Assembly (NCBI GenBank): GCA_016184005.1
Contig: JACPDL010000003.1
Span: 171,632 to 235,631 of the forward strand
Length of the DNA stretch: 64,000 bases
Origin: Candidatus Aenigmatarchaeota archaeon
GTDB taxonomy: Archaea; Aenigmatarchaeota; Aenigmatarchaeia; GW2011-AR5
Reading direction: 5' to 3'
A model generated the notes under the pieces. The model ran no database searches. It was not told the origin of the DNA and saw nothing but the letters and a program-made list of their open reading frames with translations. This document shows, one piece after another, positions 26,062 through 34,405 of the stretch (within the stretch, counting starts at the first letter, position 1; each line of letters begins with the position of its first letter). The position numbers were made by a program, and so were the translations under genes.

Positions 26062-26922
26062 TTATCGCAAGAATTCGTTCCTGTATTTTTCGTAAAAGTT
26101 CTTATGAACGAGATGCACGACCTTGAGCGGCGGGCCTTTCTCTATAATGAATTTTGTGTTCTCCCTGACATAATCGCCCCCGTGGCCGTCTATTATGAGG
26201 GCGCACTCGCCTTCACGAACAAGCACTTCTATCTTCTTGCTTGAAGGCACAACCTTCGGCTTGATTCTCGAGAAGAAAGGGTTCAGGGCCACTATGCTCA
26301 TGGCATCTATATCGGGATCAATTACAGGACCGCCTACCGACGCATTGTAAGCTGTGGAGCCTGTAGGCGTGGAAACCAGCAACCCGTCGCCTGAAAAGTC
26401 CATTATTGTGCCGTCTATATTAAATTCCATTTTCAGTATTTTTGACGGCCTCTTCCTCCCGAAAACTATCTCGTTAAAAGCAGGGGGATAAGGCTTGTGC
26501 AGTATTTTGTGGAAGATGCTTCTGGTTTCTTTGTAGCACTGCAGCCGCATCTTCTCGACTATCTGATAATCTCCCCTGAGCAGGCGCTGCAGGTTTTCTG
26601 TCAGTTCTTTGAAAGTGCAGGTGCAGAGGAACCCATGGCCTTCTATCTTGACCGGCAGAATAGGCAGGTGTGTCTGGTGCGCTGTCCAGAGCAATGTGCC
26701 GTCCCCGCCAACAGTTATTACAAGGTCACCGTCAAATCTTCTTACGGACAAGCCGCGCTGCCTCAAGCGAAGAGCAGTTGACCTGTCAAAATGTATTGAC
26801 TGCACGTGCGGCTTCAGCATTCTTTCCAGCTTTCTGGCCATGCGTATGCCGGCCTTGTTCTGCTTCGCAATTATCAGCACGTCATTCAATGCCGGCTTTG
26901 CCTTCCTCTTTTTTTTAGCCAT
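26062..26922 (-). CDS. nadK: NAD kinase
   Basis: GGDGT motif (VITVGGDGTLLWTA) and NAD-kinase C-terminal domain. Confidence 0.8.
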   Translation of the reverse strand: MAKKKRKAKPALNDVLIIAKQNKAGIRMARKLERMLKPHVQSIHFDRSTALRLRQRGLSVRRFDGDLVITVGGDGTLLWTAHQTHLPILPVKIEGHGFLCTCTFKELTENLQRLLRGDYQIVEKMRLQCYKETRSIFHKILHKPYPPAFNEIVFGRKRPSKILKMEFNIDGTIMDFSGDGLLVSTPTGSTAYNASVGGPVIDPDIDAMSIVALNPFFSRIKPKVVPSSKKIEVLVREGECALIIDGHGGDYVRENTKFIIEKGPPLKVVHLVHKNFYEKYRNEFLR

Positions 26923-26971
26923 GTAAGGGCTAATGTCTGCTGGAAGCTTTTAATAGAAATTTGCAAACAAA

Positions 26972-28174
26972 TCAGGCGAGAGACCGGCACTTTCCAGGAC
27001 CTCGGTAAGGTATTTCATGGGCCGCATAAAATTCTTCTGATGTCTTGTAGCCAAGCGACTTGATTCTGGAATATATGCAAGGACGGGTTATACCGAGTTT
27101 TACTGCAGCGGCAGTCATATTTCCATCAGCCGCTTTAAGCGCCTCAGCCACTGCTTTCTCCGGTCGTTTGGTTCGGGATCTTTCTATCCCATAGGCTCTG
27201 CGAAAGTCTTCAGGAGACGGATAACCTAATTTCGTGATATTATATCTCAGTTGCCTGTCGCTTAACCGGAGGTCGCGTGCGGCGGCAGTCATGTTTCCTC
27301 TGCTTGCTCTAAGCGCCTCAGCTATAAGCTGTCCGCTGAATGCCCGCATCGCGGATGCGTAATCGCCGGGTTGCGCGTACACGGCTCCCGGCTGTTCTTC
27401 GCTTTTCTGTGATTTGCCCGTTTTTCCGCGCAGTATGCTGGGACAGATTTCATCGCCTTCGGACATCACGAAACCGTACAGCAGGATATTGCCGAGTTCC
27501 CTCACGTTTCCCGGAAAATCGTATTCCAGCAGCGCAGACACCGCTTCCGGCGTTAATGTTTTTCTGGCGCTGTTTTGCCTGCACAGCCGGTCCATATAAA
27601 ACCGCGCAATCGGTTCTATATCTTCCCTGCGCTCGCGGAGGGGCGGCATGCAGATCTCCAGGGCGCACAGCCTCTGGTAAAGTTCCTGCCTGAATCCGCC
27701 TTTGTCAGAAAGGTCCCTGCTGGTGGCGGATATTATCCTCACATCGGTATCAGACTGCTTGGTGCCGCCGACAGGTATGAATTCGCCGGTTTCGAGCGCC
27801 CTGAGAAATTTCGGCTGCACATCCATCGGAAGCTCGCCTATTTCATCAAGAAAGAGGGTGCCGCCGTCTGCGCTTTTTAGAACACCCGTGTTGCGGCGAT
27901 ACGCCCCCGTGAACGAGCCCTTTTCATGCCCGAAAAGAATTGACTCTGCAAGTTCGCGCGGTATGCTTGCGCAATCCAGCGGATAGAATAAGGCGGAACT
28001 GCGCCCTGAATTGCGGTGAAGCTGGCGTGCCACAAGCTCTTTTCCGGTCCCTGTTTCGCCTGTTATGAGGACAGGATAATCATAAGCCGCAAACTTCTTT
28101 ATTTTCTGCCGCACGCCTTCTATTTGTACGGACGTTCCTACTATTTCGCATTGTGGATTAAGGCCGCGCATCAT
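26972..28174 (-). CDS. Sigma-54-interaction-domain AAA+ transcriptional activator (bacterial enhancer-binding-protein type), no receiver domain, two tandem Fis-type HTH at the C-terminus
   Basis: Walker A GETGTGKE, ESILFGHEKGSFTGA (GAFTGA-type loop), Walker B GGTLFLDEIGEL, duplicated HTH (NMTAAARDLRLSDRQLRYNITKLGY / NMTAAAVKLGITRPCIYSRIKSLGY). Confidence 0.8.
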   Translation of the reverse strand: MMRGLNPQCEIVGTSVQIEGVRQKIKKFAAYDYPVLITGETGTGKELVARQLHRNSGRSSALFYPLDCASIPRELAESILFGHEKGSFTGAYRRNTGVLKSADGGTLFLDEIGELPMDVQPKFLRALETGEFIPVGGTKQSDTDVRIISATSRDLSDKGGFRQELYQRLCALEICMPPLRERREDIEPIARFYMDRLCRQNSARKTLTPEAVSALLEYDFPGNVRELGNILLYGFVMSEGDEICPSILRGKTGKSQKSEEQPGAVYAQPGDYASAMRAFSGQLIAEALRASRGNMTAAARDLRLSDRQLRYNITKLGYPSPEDFRRAYGIERSRTKRPEKAVAEALKAADGNMTAAAVKLGITRPCIYSRIKSLGYKTSEEFYAAHEIPYRGPGKCRSLA

Positions 28175-28244
28175 TTGAATCGGTTTGTATTGACTATCCG
28201 TTCACCCTTATAAGAATGCCGGCGTTTCTTGCGCGCCGCTAACC

Positions 28245-28928
28245 TTAAGAGGATGCAGATTGCAGCTGACGGTTCAGTTTCTTCAACAAGGAACCAAGTT
28301 TTGTAATGTCGGGAATTACATAGTCCGCTTTCATTTTTTCCGCCGTTTTCCTGTCCAGCACGCCCGTGAGGACCACAACAGCTTTTATCCCCGCCCTTTT
28401 TGCAGCAAGCACGTCGTTAGGCGCGTCGCAGACATAAACTGCTTCCCTTTTCTTCACTTTCAGTTTTTTCATCGCCTTCAGCAGTATTTCCGGATGCGGT
28501 TTCCCGTGCCTTACATCGTTGGCGCTCAGGGTTACAGGAAAGTATCTTTTCACGCCTGTGTGCTTCATCACCTTCAGCAACGATGGCTTTATTGCGCCAC
28601 TGGCCACAGAGACCTTGTACATTTTCTTGAGGTTTACAATGGCCTGTTTCGCGCCCTTTACAGGCTTCACCTTCTTGACGTAACTGTCGCTCGTCATTAT
28701 TCTTGTGTACTCTTTCATTATTCTTTCCACATGGCTGCGATGAAGCATTTCTTGGAGTATCTGCTTGGGCGGCTCGCCAAAATGAGGGAACAGGTCCTTC
28801 ACGGATTTCTTTATGCCGTTGTCAGCAAGCAGCTTCTCAAGCACGTAAGCCCCGGGAAAATTAGACTTGACAATAACACCGTCGAAATCAAATATTATGG
28901 CTTTGATCATTCTCAGCACCTGTATCAC
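28245..28928 (-). CDS. HAD-superfamily hydrolase (beta-phosphoglucomutase-like subfamily IA)
   Basis: IIFDFDGVIV motif I, plus K and DD motifs. Confidence 0.75.
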   Translation of the reverse strand: MIQVLRMIKAIIFDFDGVIVKSNFPGAYVLEKLLADNGIKKSVKDLFPHFGEPPKQILQEMLHRSHVERIMKEYTRIMTSDSYVKKVKPVKGAKQAIVNLKKMYKVSVASGAIKPSLLKVMKHTGVKRYFPVTLSANDVRHGKPHPEILLKAMKKLKVKKREAVYVCDAPNDVLAAKRAGIKAVVVLTGVLDRKTAEKMKADYVIPDITKLGSLLKKLNRQLQSASS

Positions 28929-29000
28929 TCAATCTATAAATCCTGCTTAATAAAGTTTCTGCACAAATTCATCAGAAAGGGCCGATAGATCAATACAGAT

Positions 29001-29090
29001 CCCTTCTTTGTAAAGAAGGTCTTTGTGCACCGAAAGCAAAGCTTTCTGGCATCTCAAAAGCCTTTCAGGCTTTTGCAGACAAACCCCAAG
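29001..29090. repeat. Family-B palindromic repeat element, inverted copy 2
   Basis: Reverse complement ttggggtttgtctgcaaaagcctgaaaggcttttgagatgccagaaagctttgc... matches 6021-6125. Confidence 0.7.
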
Positions 29091-29154
29091 AAACAGAGGA
29101 CTTCGCAAATATTAAGGGATTGTGAGAATGGAAGATCGCTTGCATGGCAAGAGG

Positions 29155-29241
29155 AGAAACTACGTATCTCCCTCTACCCTCTCCCTTCTGAAGGAAACGA
29201 GGTTAGAAGGAGAGAAACCATGGGTTTCTTCTCCTCTTATG
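29155..29241. repeat. Family-D structured repeat (gaggagaaactacgtatctccctctaccctctccctt...) flanked by a 7-bp direct repeat caagagg
   Basis: Shares ~38 bp with the inverted copy at 32999-33036; internal hairpins; 7-bp flank duplication at 29148-29154 and 29242-29248. Confidence 0.5.
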
Positions 29242-29276
29242 CAAGAGGCTTCGGGTTCGAGTCCCGATCGGTCCAT

Positions 29277-29327
29277 CATCCAATCCCTTTCTTAAAAAGA
29301 AAGGTCTTGGAGAACCCCAAAGAATAA
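29277..29327. repeat. Family-C repeat atccaatccctttcttaaaaagaaaggtcttggagaaccccaaagaataa, copy 1
   Basis: Near-identical copy at 36851-36900. Confidence 0.7.
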
Positions 29328-29397
29328 TAGTCTGCAAAGCAGCCTATTAGGAGAGAAGGATGATATCTGAAAAGAGCGTCGGTTCTCGACTTATCAT

Positions 29398-29508
29398 GGG
29401 CTCGTGGTCTAGTGGAATGACGCGACGTTCGCAAAGAGGAGAAATATGTATCTCTCTCAAAAATATTGAAATACGTCGAGGCCGGGGGTTCGAATCCCCC
29501 CGAGTCCA
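29398..29508 (+). tRNA. tRNA-Ala (anticodon CGC) with a ~39-nt intron at/near position 37/38
   Basis: Acceptor GGGCTCG/CGAGTCC with G3:U70 Ala identity pair; anticodon stem CGACG/CGTCG; loop TTCGCAA; T-arm GGGGGTTCGAATCCCCC; discriminator A; CCA not encoded. Confidence 0.8.
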
Positions 29509-29577
29509 TCAGTTTTTGGGGTTATAGGTATCTGTTAGTTTTTGAACGCTTTTGAAGATTAAAGTTATAAGATTTTT

Positions 29578-29931
29578 ATGGTGGATAAAGCAGAATCATA
29601 TTTTCATTTGGCACAATTGCTCGCAACTATAGCTGGATTCTTTATCTTAGGTGCTACAATTTTTTATGCATCATCAGGGCAACTTTTAGCTTCAAGCATG
29701 CAAACTAGCAATGATGTCACAAAATCTCTATTATCAATAAATCTCAGTAATGTTGACCAATCCATTCTGAGTATAGTTGAATCCGACATAAAAGTGGCAA
29801 ATGCAGCAAAGGAAGGAAGTATCAAGAAAGAAGAGATTGGTATGAGGTTACTTATTTTTGGTGTAATTTTTATTATAGCATCCTTAGTAGTTTGGTGTTA
29901 TGGAGATTCGAAATGTAAACATATAACTTAG
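29578..29931 (+). CDS. Small membrane protein (2 predicted TM helices), first gene of the AT-rich island
   Basis: 117 aa, two hydrophobic helices; very AT-rich codons. Confidence 0.4.
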   Translation: MVDKAESYFHLAQLLATIAGFFILGATIFYASSGQLLASSMQTSNDVTKSLLSINLSNVDQSILSIVESDIKVANAAKEGSIKKEEIGMRLLIFGVIFIIASLVVWCYGDSKCKHIT

Positions 29932-30011
29932 AGGTCTTGGGTTAATATTCAACACTATAAAGAGACTCTCAATTTTTGAACGCTTAAATTTATACTGGAG
30001 ACTACACATTC

Positions 30012-30596
30012 ATGTTCAATCTAACGCTAGATACATCTTGTTTTTCTCTAAGAAAAGAGGAAAATTCTTTGTTGAACGAGCTTTTAGAATTACAAGCAGA
30101 TTCAAAAATATTGTTGTACTACGCACCACGAACTTTACAAGAACTTATGATGTCCATTGCAAAGAAAAAAGAATTACCGAAAGTAATTGAAATGAAGATA
30201 AAATATAGGTTTCGAGATGTGTTCAGAGATTATTTAGAAAATATGGACGAGATTGACCCAGAACTCGAATGGGAAGACGAGTTCCACGAAATAGGACTAT
30301 TTGTTACAAGAGTATGTCTCGAAATTACTGACAAAAACGTAATAGAAAAGTTAGAAGTGTCAGAAGAAAACTTACGTAGATATTTGGATAGCCAGAAGAA
30401 CCATAACAGTCATACAGATATTGATATATTCACATTTCATGTTATGAACAAAGGTAATATATTCCTGACTAAAGATGTACCGTTGTTTGTAAGTAATCAA
30501 AAAACAAGAGAAACACTGGAAAATAAATATAACACAAAAATTAGACTCCTAAATAAAGATTTTATTGAAGAATTAAAAAATATGATAGAGGCTTGA
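30012..30596 (+). CDS. Hypothetical protein, possibly a PIN-like nuclease
   Basis: N-terminal LTLDTSCF (PIN motif-I-like Asp), downstream acidic residues, C-terminal IFLTKDVPLF (PIN motif-IV-like T-x-D). Weak assignment. Confidence 0.35.
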   Translation: MFNLTLDTSCFSLRKEENSLLNELLELQADSKILLYYAPRTLQELMMSIAKKKELPKVIEMKIKYRFRDVFRDYLENMDEIDPELEWEDEFHEIGLFVTRVCLEITDKNVIEKLEVSEENLRRYLDSQKNHNSHTDIDIFTFHVMNKGNIFLTKDVPLFVSNQKTRETLENKYNTKIRLLNKDFIEELKNMIEA

Positions 30597-31777
30597 TGCT
30601 TATGGAGTCTATGAATTATAAAAGTCCAATTAAGGTCAGAAATATAGAAATAGTAAATCAGTTAAAAGAGTTCTATTCTCTCTCTTCAAATATTGATTTA
30701 CCAAAAGACATAGAAACTCAAGTAATTGACATTGCCGTCAAGAAGATTGATCAAGATAAAAAAGTTGTAGAAAAAAGATTATTGGGATTAAATAAAGAAG
30801 ATGAATTTGTACTGACTTCTCTTCTGTTAGGAAATGCCCTTCAAGTTACAAGGCTTTCACAACAAAAGATTACACAAGATTTAGATTATCAAATACCAGA
30901 TTTTTTAGTATGCACTAGGGTTCCAAAAATTGTAGATAAAGATGGGGATAAAATAAACAGGTTTTTTGTAGAAGTCAAAAAATTATCAGAGAATGAAAGT
31001 GATTTTAAAATAACGCAGGATTATTTTAATAAACTTAAGAAATATTGCAAAACTTACTCTTTGCCACTTTACTTTGCAATTAAGTTAGAGCTTGGAGGTG
31101 TTGGTTTTTCTCAATGGGCTTTAATTTTCTCTGATACCGTAGAAAACTCTGGACAAATTAAAAAGCTAAAAATAAGAAAAGATAGCAAAGAAGAAGATTG
31201 TTATTTATTTACATTGAAAGACTTATTATCGAAAGACTTCTCAGGTTTATGGATGGACAATCATCTATTATTTTTGTCGGAGGGTTCGGTCTATAGAAAG
31301 GTTTATGATATTAATAAAGAATCCCCAATTCATATTACATCTGAAACAGGCGAAGATTTGGGAGGACTTGTAGAAGTAGAATTAAAAAACGGTAGTATTT
31401 CTGAAAAAGTAACGTTCGAAAAAGATAAACATGATGTCAGAGATATAATTTTCTATAATATTGCAATGAGAATAGCCAGAGGTAAAGAAACAATACAGAC
31501 TACAAATACGACAACTGAGAAAATTATAGAAGCTGATAAAAACTATTCAATCCCGCTTTATCATTTAGTTTTAGAAATTTACCTTCACTTACGTTCAAGA
31601 TTTGGAGAAAGCTGGAAGGAACCCAGATCAGATATAAGTTTTTACTTATCCCACTTAACAGACTTTGATTATAAAATATCTTATTTTATAAGAGATATAA
31701 TAATTAATTTACACAAGAATAATATAATTAAATTAATTAGAATGGTACCAGATTTTTTAATGGAAAATGATGACTAA
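30593..31777 (+). CDS. Hypothetical protein with a PD-(D/E)xK nuclease-like core
   Basis: IPDFLVCTRVPKIVDKDGDKINRFFVEVKK = PD ... E-V-K spacing typical of the restriction-endonuclease-like fold; start overlaps the upstream stop (ATGA). Confidence 0.45.
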   Translation: MMLMESMNYKSPIKVRNIEIVNQLKEFYSLSSNIDLPKDIETQVIDIAVKKIDQDKKVVEKRLLGLNKEDEFVLTSLLLGNALQVTRLSQQKITQDLDYQIPDFLVCTRVPKIVDKDGDKINRFFVEVKKLSENESDFKITQDYFNKLKKYCKTYSLPLYFAIKLELGGVGFSQWALIFSDTVENSGQIKKLKIRKDSKEEDCYLFTLKDLLSKDFSGLWMDNHLLFLSEGSVYRKVYDINKESPIHITSETGEDLGGLVEVELKNGSISEKVTFEKDKHDVRDIIFYNIAMRIARGKETIQTTNTTTEKIIEADKNYSIPLYHLVLEIYLHLRSRFGESWKEPRSDISFYLSHLTDFDYKISYFIRDIIINLHKNNIIKLIRMVPDFLMENDD

Positions 31778-31989
31778 TTTAATTTCTCCTTAACTTTCCC
31801 ATAAACCTTGAATGGCTTGTCAGACCTAGCATGTTTTCTCAAATAATGCAAAGAACTCTTGTTTATGCCAATTTTCTTTGCTTCTGACTGGGATAAGCTT
31901 AATATTTTTTGCCTCAACTTAAAGTCATCCTCTCTTTTCAATACTAGTGAAGGCTCTGAAAAGTCGATGCTAGGCTTCTTACCTATCAA
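31774..31989 (-). CDS. Small hypothetical ORF (71 aa) at the distal edge of the island
   Basis: Intact ORF; no family recognised. Confidence 0.2.
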   Translation of the reverse strand: MIGKKPSIDFSEPSLVLKREDDFKLRQKILSLSQSEAKKIGINKSSLHYLRKHARSDKPFKVYGKVKEKLN

Positions 31990-32135
31990 GTAATGAGCCA
32001 GTTCTTGAGCTTTAAATAAAGTGATTTTCAGTTTTCAAATCCTTATGTCCTCGAGTCCATTGAACCTCAGGTATAAGCCACGATGCTATCCAAATCTTTA
32101 ATAGTATTCTTCACTATTAATTATAGGCGAATTGT

Positions 32136-32336
32136 ATGAACGGAACATTCGAGAAAGAAGTCATGAGAGAATTGAAGTCGTTAAAGGGCGAGATTGATTA
32201 CATAAAGGAATTTCTTGAGGATACACACCTTACCCCTGTTGAGAAGAGATTTGTTGATTCTAAAATCAAAAAGATAAAATCGGGCGATACATCGGACTTT
32301 ATCCCTTGGAAAAAAGCCAAGAAAAAGCTGGGCTAA
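32136..32336 (+). CDS. Putative antitoxin partner of the RelE/ParE-like toxin
   Basis: 66-aa ORF immediately upstream of the toxin gene. Confidence 0.4.
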   Translation: MNGTFEKEVMRELKSLKGEIDYIKEFLEDTHLTPVEKRFVDSKIKKIKSGDTSDFIPWKKAKKKLG

Positions 32337-32341
32337 TTCTT

Positions 32342-32602
32342 ATGTTCAGTGCGCTTATCGAAGGTCAGGCATTGAAGTTCTTGGAGAAACTAAAAGACGC
32401 ACAATTGAAGAAAAGACTTATGAATAAGATAGACGAACTTGAACAAGACCCTTTTCCAAGAAACTGCAAGACGATTGAAGGATACGATCAGAAAGTTTTT
32501 CGGGTAAGGGTGGGCGGATATAGAATTCTTTATTATGTGGTTTTCGAGACCAGTATAGTCTATGTCTTTATCATTGACAAAAGAGGCGTAGTTTACGGCT
32601 AG
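32342..32602 (+). CDS. Type II toxin, RelE/ParE family
   Basis: FSALIEGQALKFLEKL...KRLMNKIDELEQDPFPRN...FRVRVGGYRILYYV...VYVFIIDKRG matches the RelE/ParE fold consensus. Track ORF starts at 32306; Met at 32342 preferred. Confidence 0.7.
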   Translation: MFSALIEGQALKFLEKLKDAQLKKRLMNKIDELEQDPFPRNCKTIEGYDQKVFRVRVGGYRILYYVVFETSIVYVFIIDKRGVVYG

Positions 32603-32647
32603 TCTGGGAACTTAACCGTTGGGTCTGTATACCTCCGTGTCCAGTGA

Positions 32648-32950
32648 TTAAAAACTGAACCTGTTCCTGTATTCCCTTCTTCCGTTTTTCCTTGCAGCTT
32701 CAGATTTCGACATTATCTTTTCTTTGACGGCTTCGGGGCTTGTTTTCATTCTATGCGCGACCGCCGCCACAACCCTTTCGCTCCTGCACCAGTATGATAC
32801 AGCACGACTAGGAACTTCATAGGCCAGTCCGATTTGCAAGTGGGTCCTTTTAGGACAAGTAACATACTCAATCACGGCTTCGACTCTGGTTTTCATGGGG
32901 TAGGCTTGCATCCCAGGAATTTCGATAGAAAACCTTATATTCGTTCCCAT
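32648..32950 (-). CDS. Hypothetical 100-aa protein
   Basis: Intact ORF; no confident family. Confidence 0.3.
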   Translation of the reverse strand: MGTNIRFSIEIPGMQAYPMKTRVEAVIEYVTCPKRTHLQIGLAYEVPSRAVSYWCRSERVVAAVAHRMKTSPEAVKEKIMSKSEAARKNGRREYRNRFSF

Positions 32951-32998
32951 TTTCAGCCGCGATGCCGATAGGCGGTAATCTTCTATGAAAAAATATTA

Positions 32999-33036
32999 AA
33001 GGGAGAGGGTAGAAGGAGATACGCAGTTTCTCCTCT
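32999..33036. repeat. Family-D repeat, inverted partial copy
   Basis: Reverse complement gaggagaaactgcgtatctccttctaccctctccctt matches 29150-29187. Confidence 0.5.
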
Positions 33037-33072
33037 TTTAAGCTTGTCTGCGACTCATAAGGCTGTGATTCC

Positions 33073-34371
33073 ATGTCAGCCAAGCCGAAGCCGATAACAG
33101 CAGTTGTGCCTCTGGGTGGGAGCGGCACGAGGCTGTACCCTCTCACGCTTGATACCCCGAAGCATCTTATACCTATTGCAAACAGGACGCTTCTTTACGC
33201 GGCCGCCGGAGAGTGGGCAAGGCAGGGGGTCGGGGATTTCATTCTCGGCGCTACCGGTTACAGCAACAGGGTCGCGTCGTACAGGTTTTTCGGCCACGGC
33301 GGCAGATTCAAGGCCGACCTGCCGGGCAACACAAGGGTTTATTATGCCAACTATGACGACAGGGAATTCAGCAGGAAAGGCAGCGGAGACGTCCTTTGCT
33401 GGATCCTGAGGCAATACAAAAGCATTATTGATGATAATGATGTCTTGCTGATAAACGGGGATAATCTGTCAAACGTGGATCTTGCAGAATTTTACGGGAT
33501 GCATAAAGACAGGAAAGCCCTGCTTACAATCGCTGTAAAGGGCTTTGAGCACGAGGATCCGGGGCTTCAGGGATTCGGCACCGTGACATTCGACCCCGTC
33601 ACCGCGAGGGTCAGCAAATTCCTGGAGAAATCGCCAAAACCTGAATCAAGGTATGCAAATACGGCGATCTGCCTTTTTTCCCCGGAAATATACAAGATTG
33701 CCGGTTCAGCAAGCATGAAAAAATTGCTGAACGAGCTTGATGAAGAAGGGACGCCGCTGGATGTAGGCGGCGGCCTGATACCGTTTCTGGTCAGGGAGGG
33801 GCACGGCATTTTTGCTTATCCCATAACAAGCGAGTGGAGCGATGTAGGAACGCCGGGCAGCTACAGGGCTGCAACCAGGGATGTCCTTCACGGCCAGTAT
33901 GAATTCAGGTTTGGGGACTACCAGCGCAGGGGAAATCACCTGATACATGAGGATACAATCAGGCTGCTGGGTGAGGGCATGGAGCGCATCAAGCTGGACG
34001 GCAGATGCATTGTAGGCGCGGGCGCAATCATACAGGAAGGCGCCGAAATAGAAAATTCCGTGATAGGCGACAATTCTTACATAGGAAGAGATGCCGAGAT
34101 AAGGGGCGTAACAACGCTGCTGCCTTTCGCGCAGGTTGAAAAGAACTGCGTGCTTACGGACTGCATCGTAGGCCACAACACGGTTATCGGGAAAGGATCC
34201 GTCATATCCTCCGGCTCGGTGATTGGTGATGACCTGCACATACCGGAGGGCACAACGGTCGGCATAGGCCAGAGGGTTGCGCATGCAAGGCACGCAGACG
34301 CCGTCAAAAAGGCGAAATACCATATAAAAGGGGAAATAAAGGGCGCAAGCGCCATTGTTTTTACGGAGTAG
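33073..34371 (+). CDS. Sugar-phosphate nucleotidyltransferase with C-terminal left-handed beta-helix domain
   Basis: N-terminal AVVPLGGSGTRLYPLT nucleotidyltransferase motif; hexapeptide repeats at the C-terminus. Confidence 0.75.
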   Translation: MSAKPKPITAVVPLGGSGTRLYPLTLDTPKHLIPIANRTLLYAAAGEWARQGVGDFILGATGYSNRVASYRFFGHGGRFKADLPGNTRVYYANYDDREFSRKGSGDVLCWILRQYKSIIDDNDVLLINGDNLSNVDLAEFYGMHKDRKALLTIAVKGFEHEDPGLQGFGTVTFDPVTARVSKFLEKSPKPESRYANTAICLFSPEIYKIAGSASMKKLLNELDEEGTPLDVGGGLIPFLVREGHGIFAYPITSEWSDVGTPGSYRAATRDVLHGQYEFRFGDYQRRGNHLIHEDTIRLLGEGMERIKLDGRCIVGAGAIIQEGAEIENSVIGDNSYIGRDAEIRGVTTLLPFAQVEKNCVLTDCIVGHNTVIGKGSVISSGSVIGDDLHIPEGTTVGIGQRVAHARHADAVKKAKYHIKGEIKGASAIVFTE

Positions 34372-34405
34372 CTTTGCCGCGCTTCTGCTGGCAACAAAAA
34401 GAATT

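Noticed and set aside
29100-29160. Possible 5' half for the tRNA-like fragment at 29233-29278 (GGGATTGTGAG...)
   Set aside because: No sequence complementary to the acceptor 3' strand TCGGTCC and no D-arm could be found nearby, so no complete tRNA is called there.
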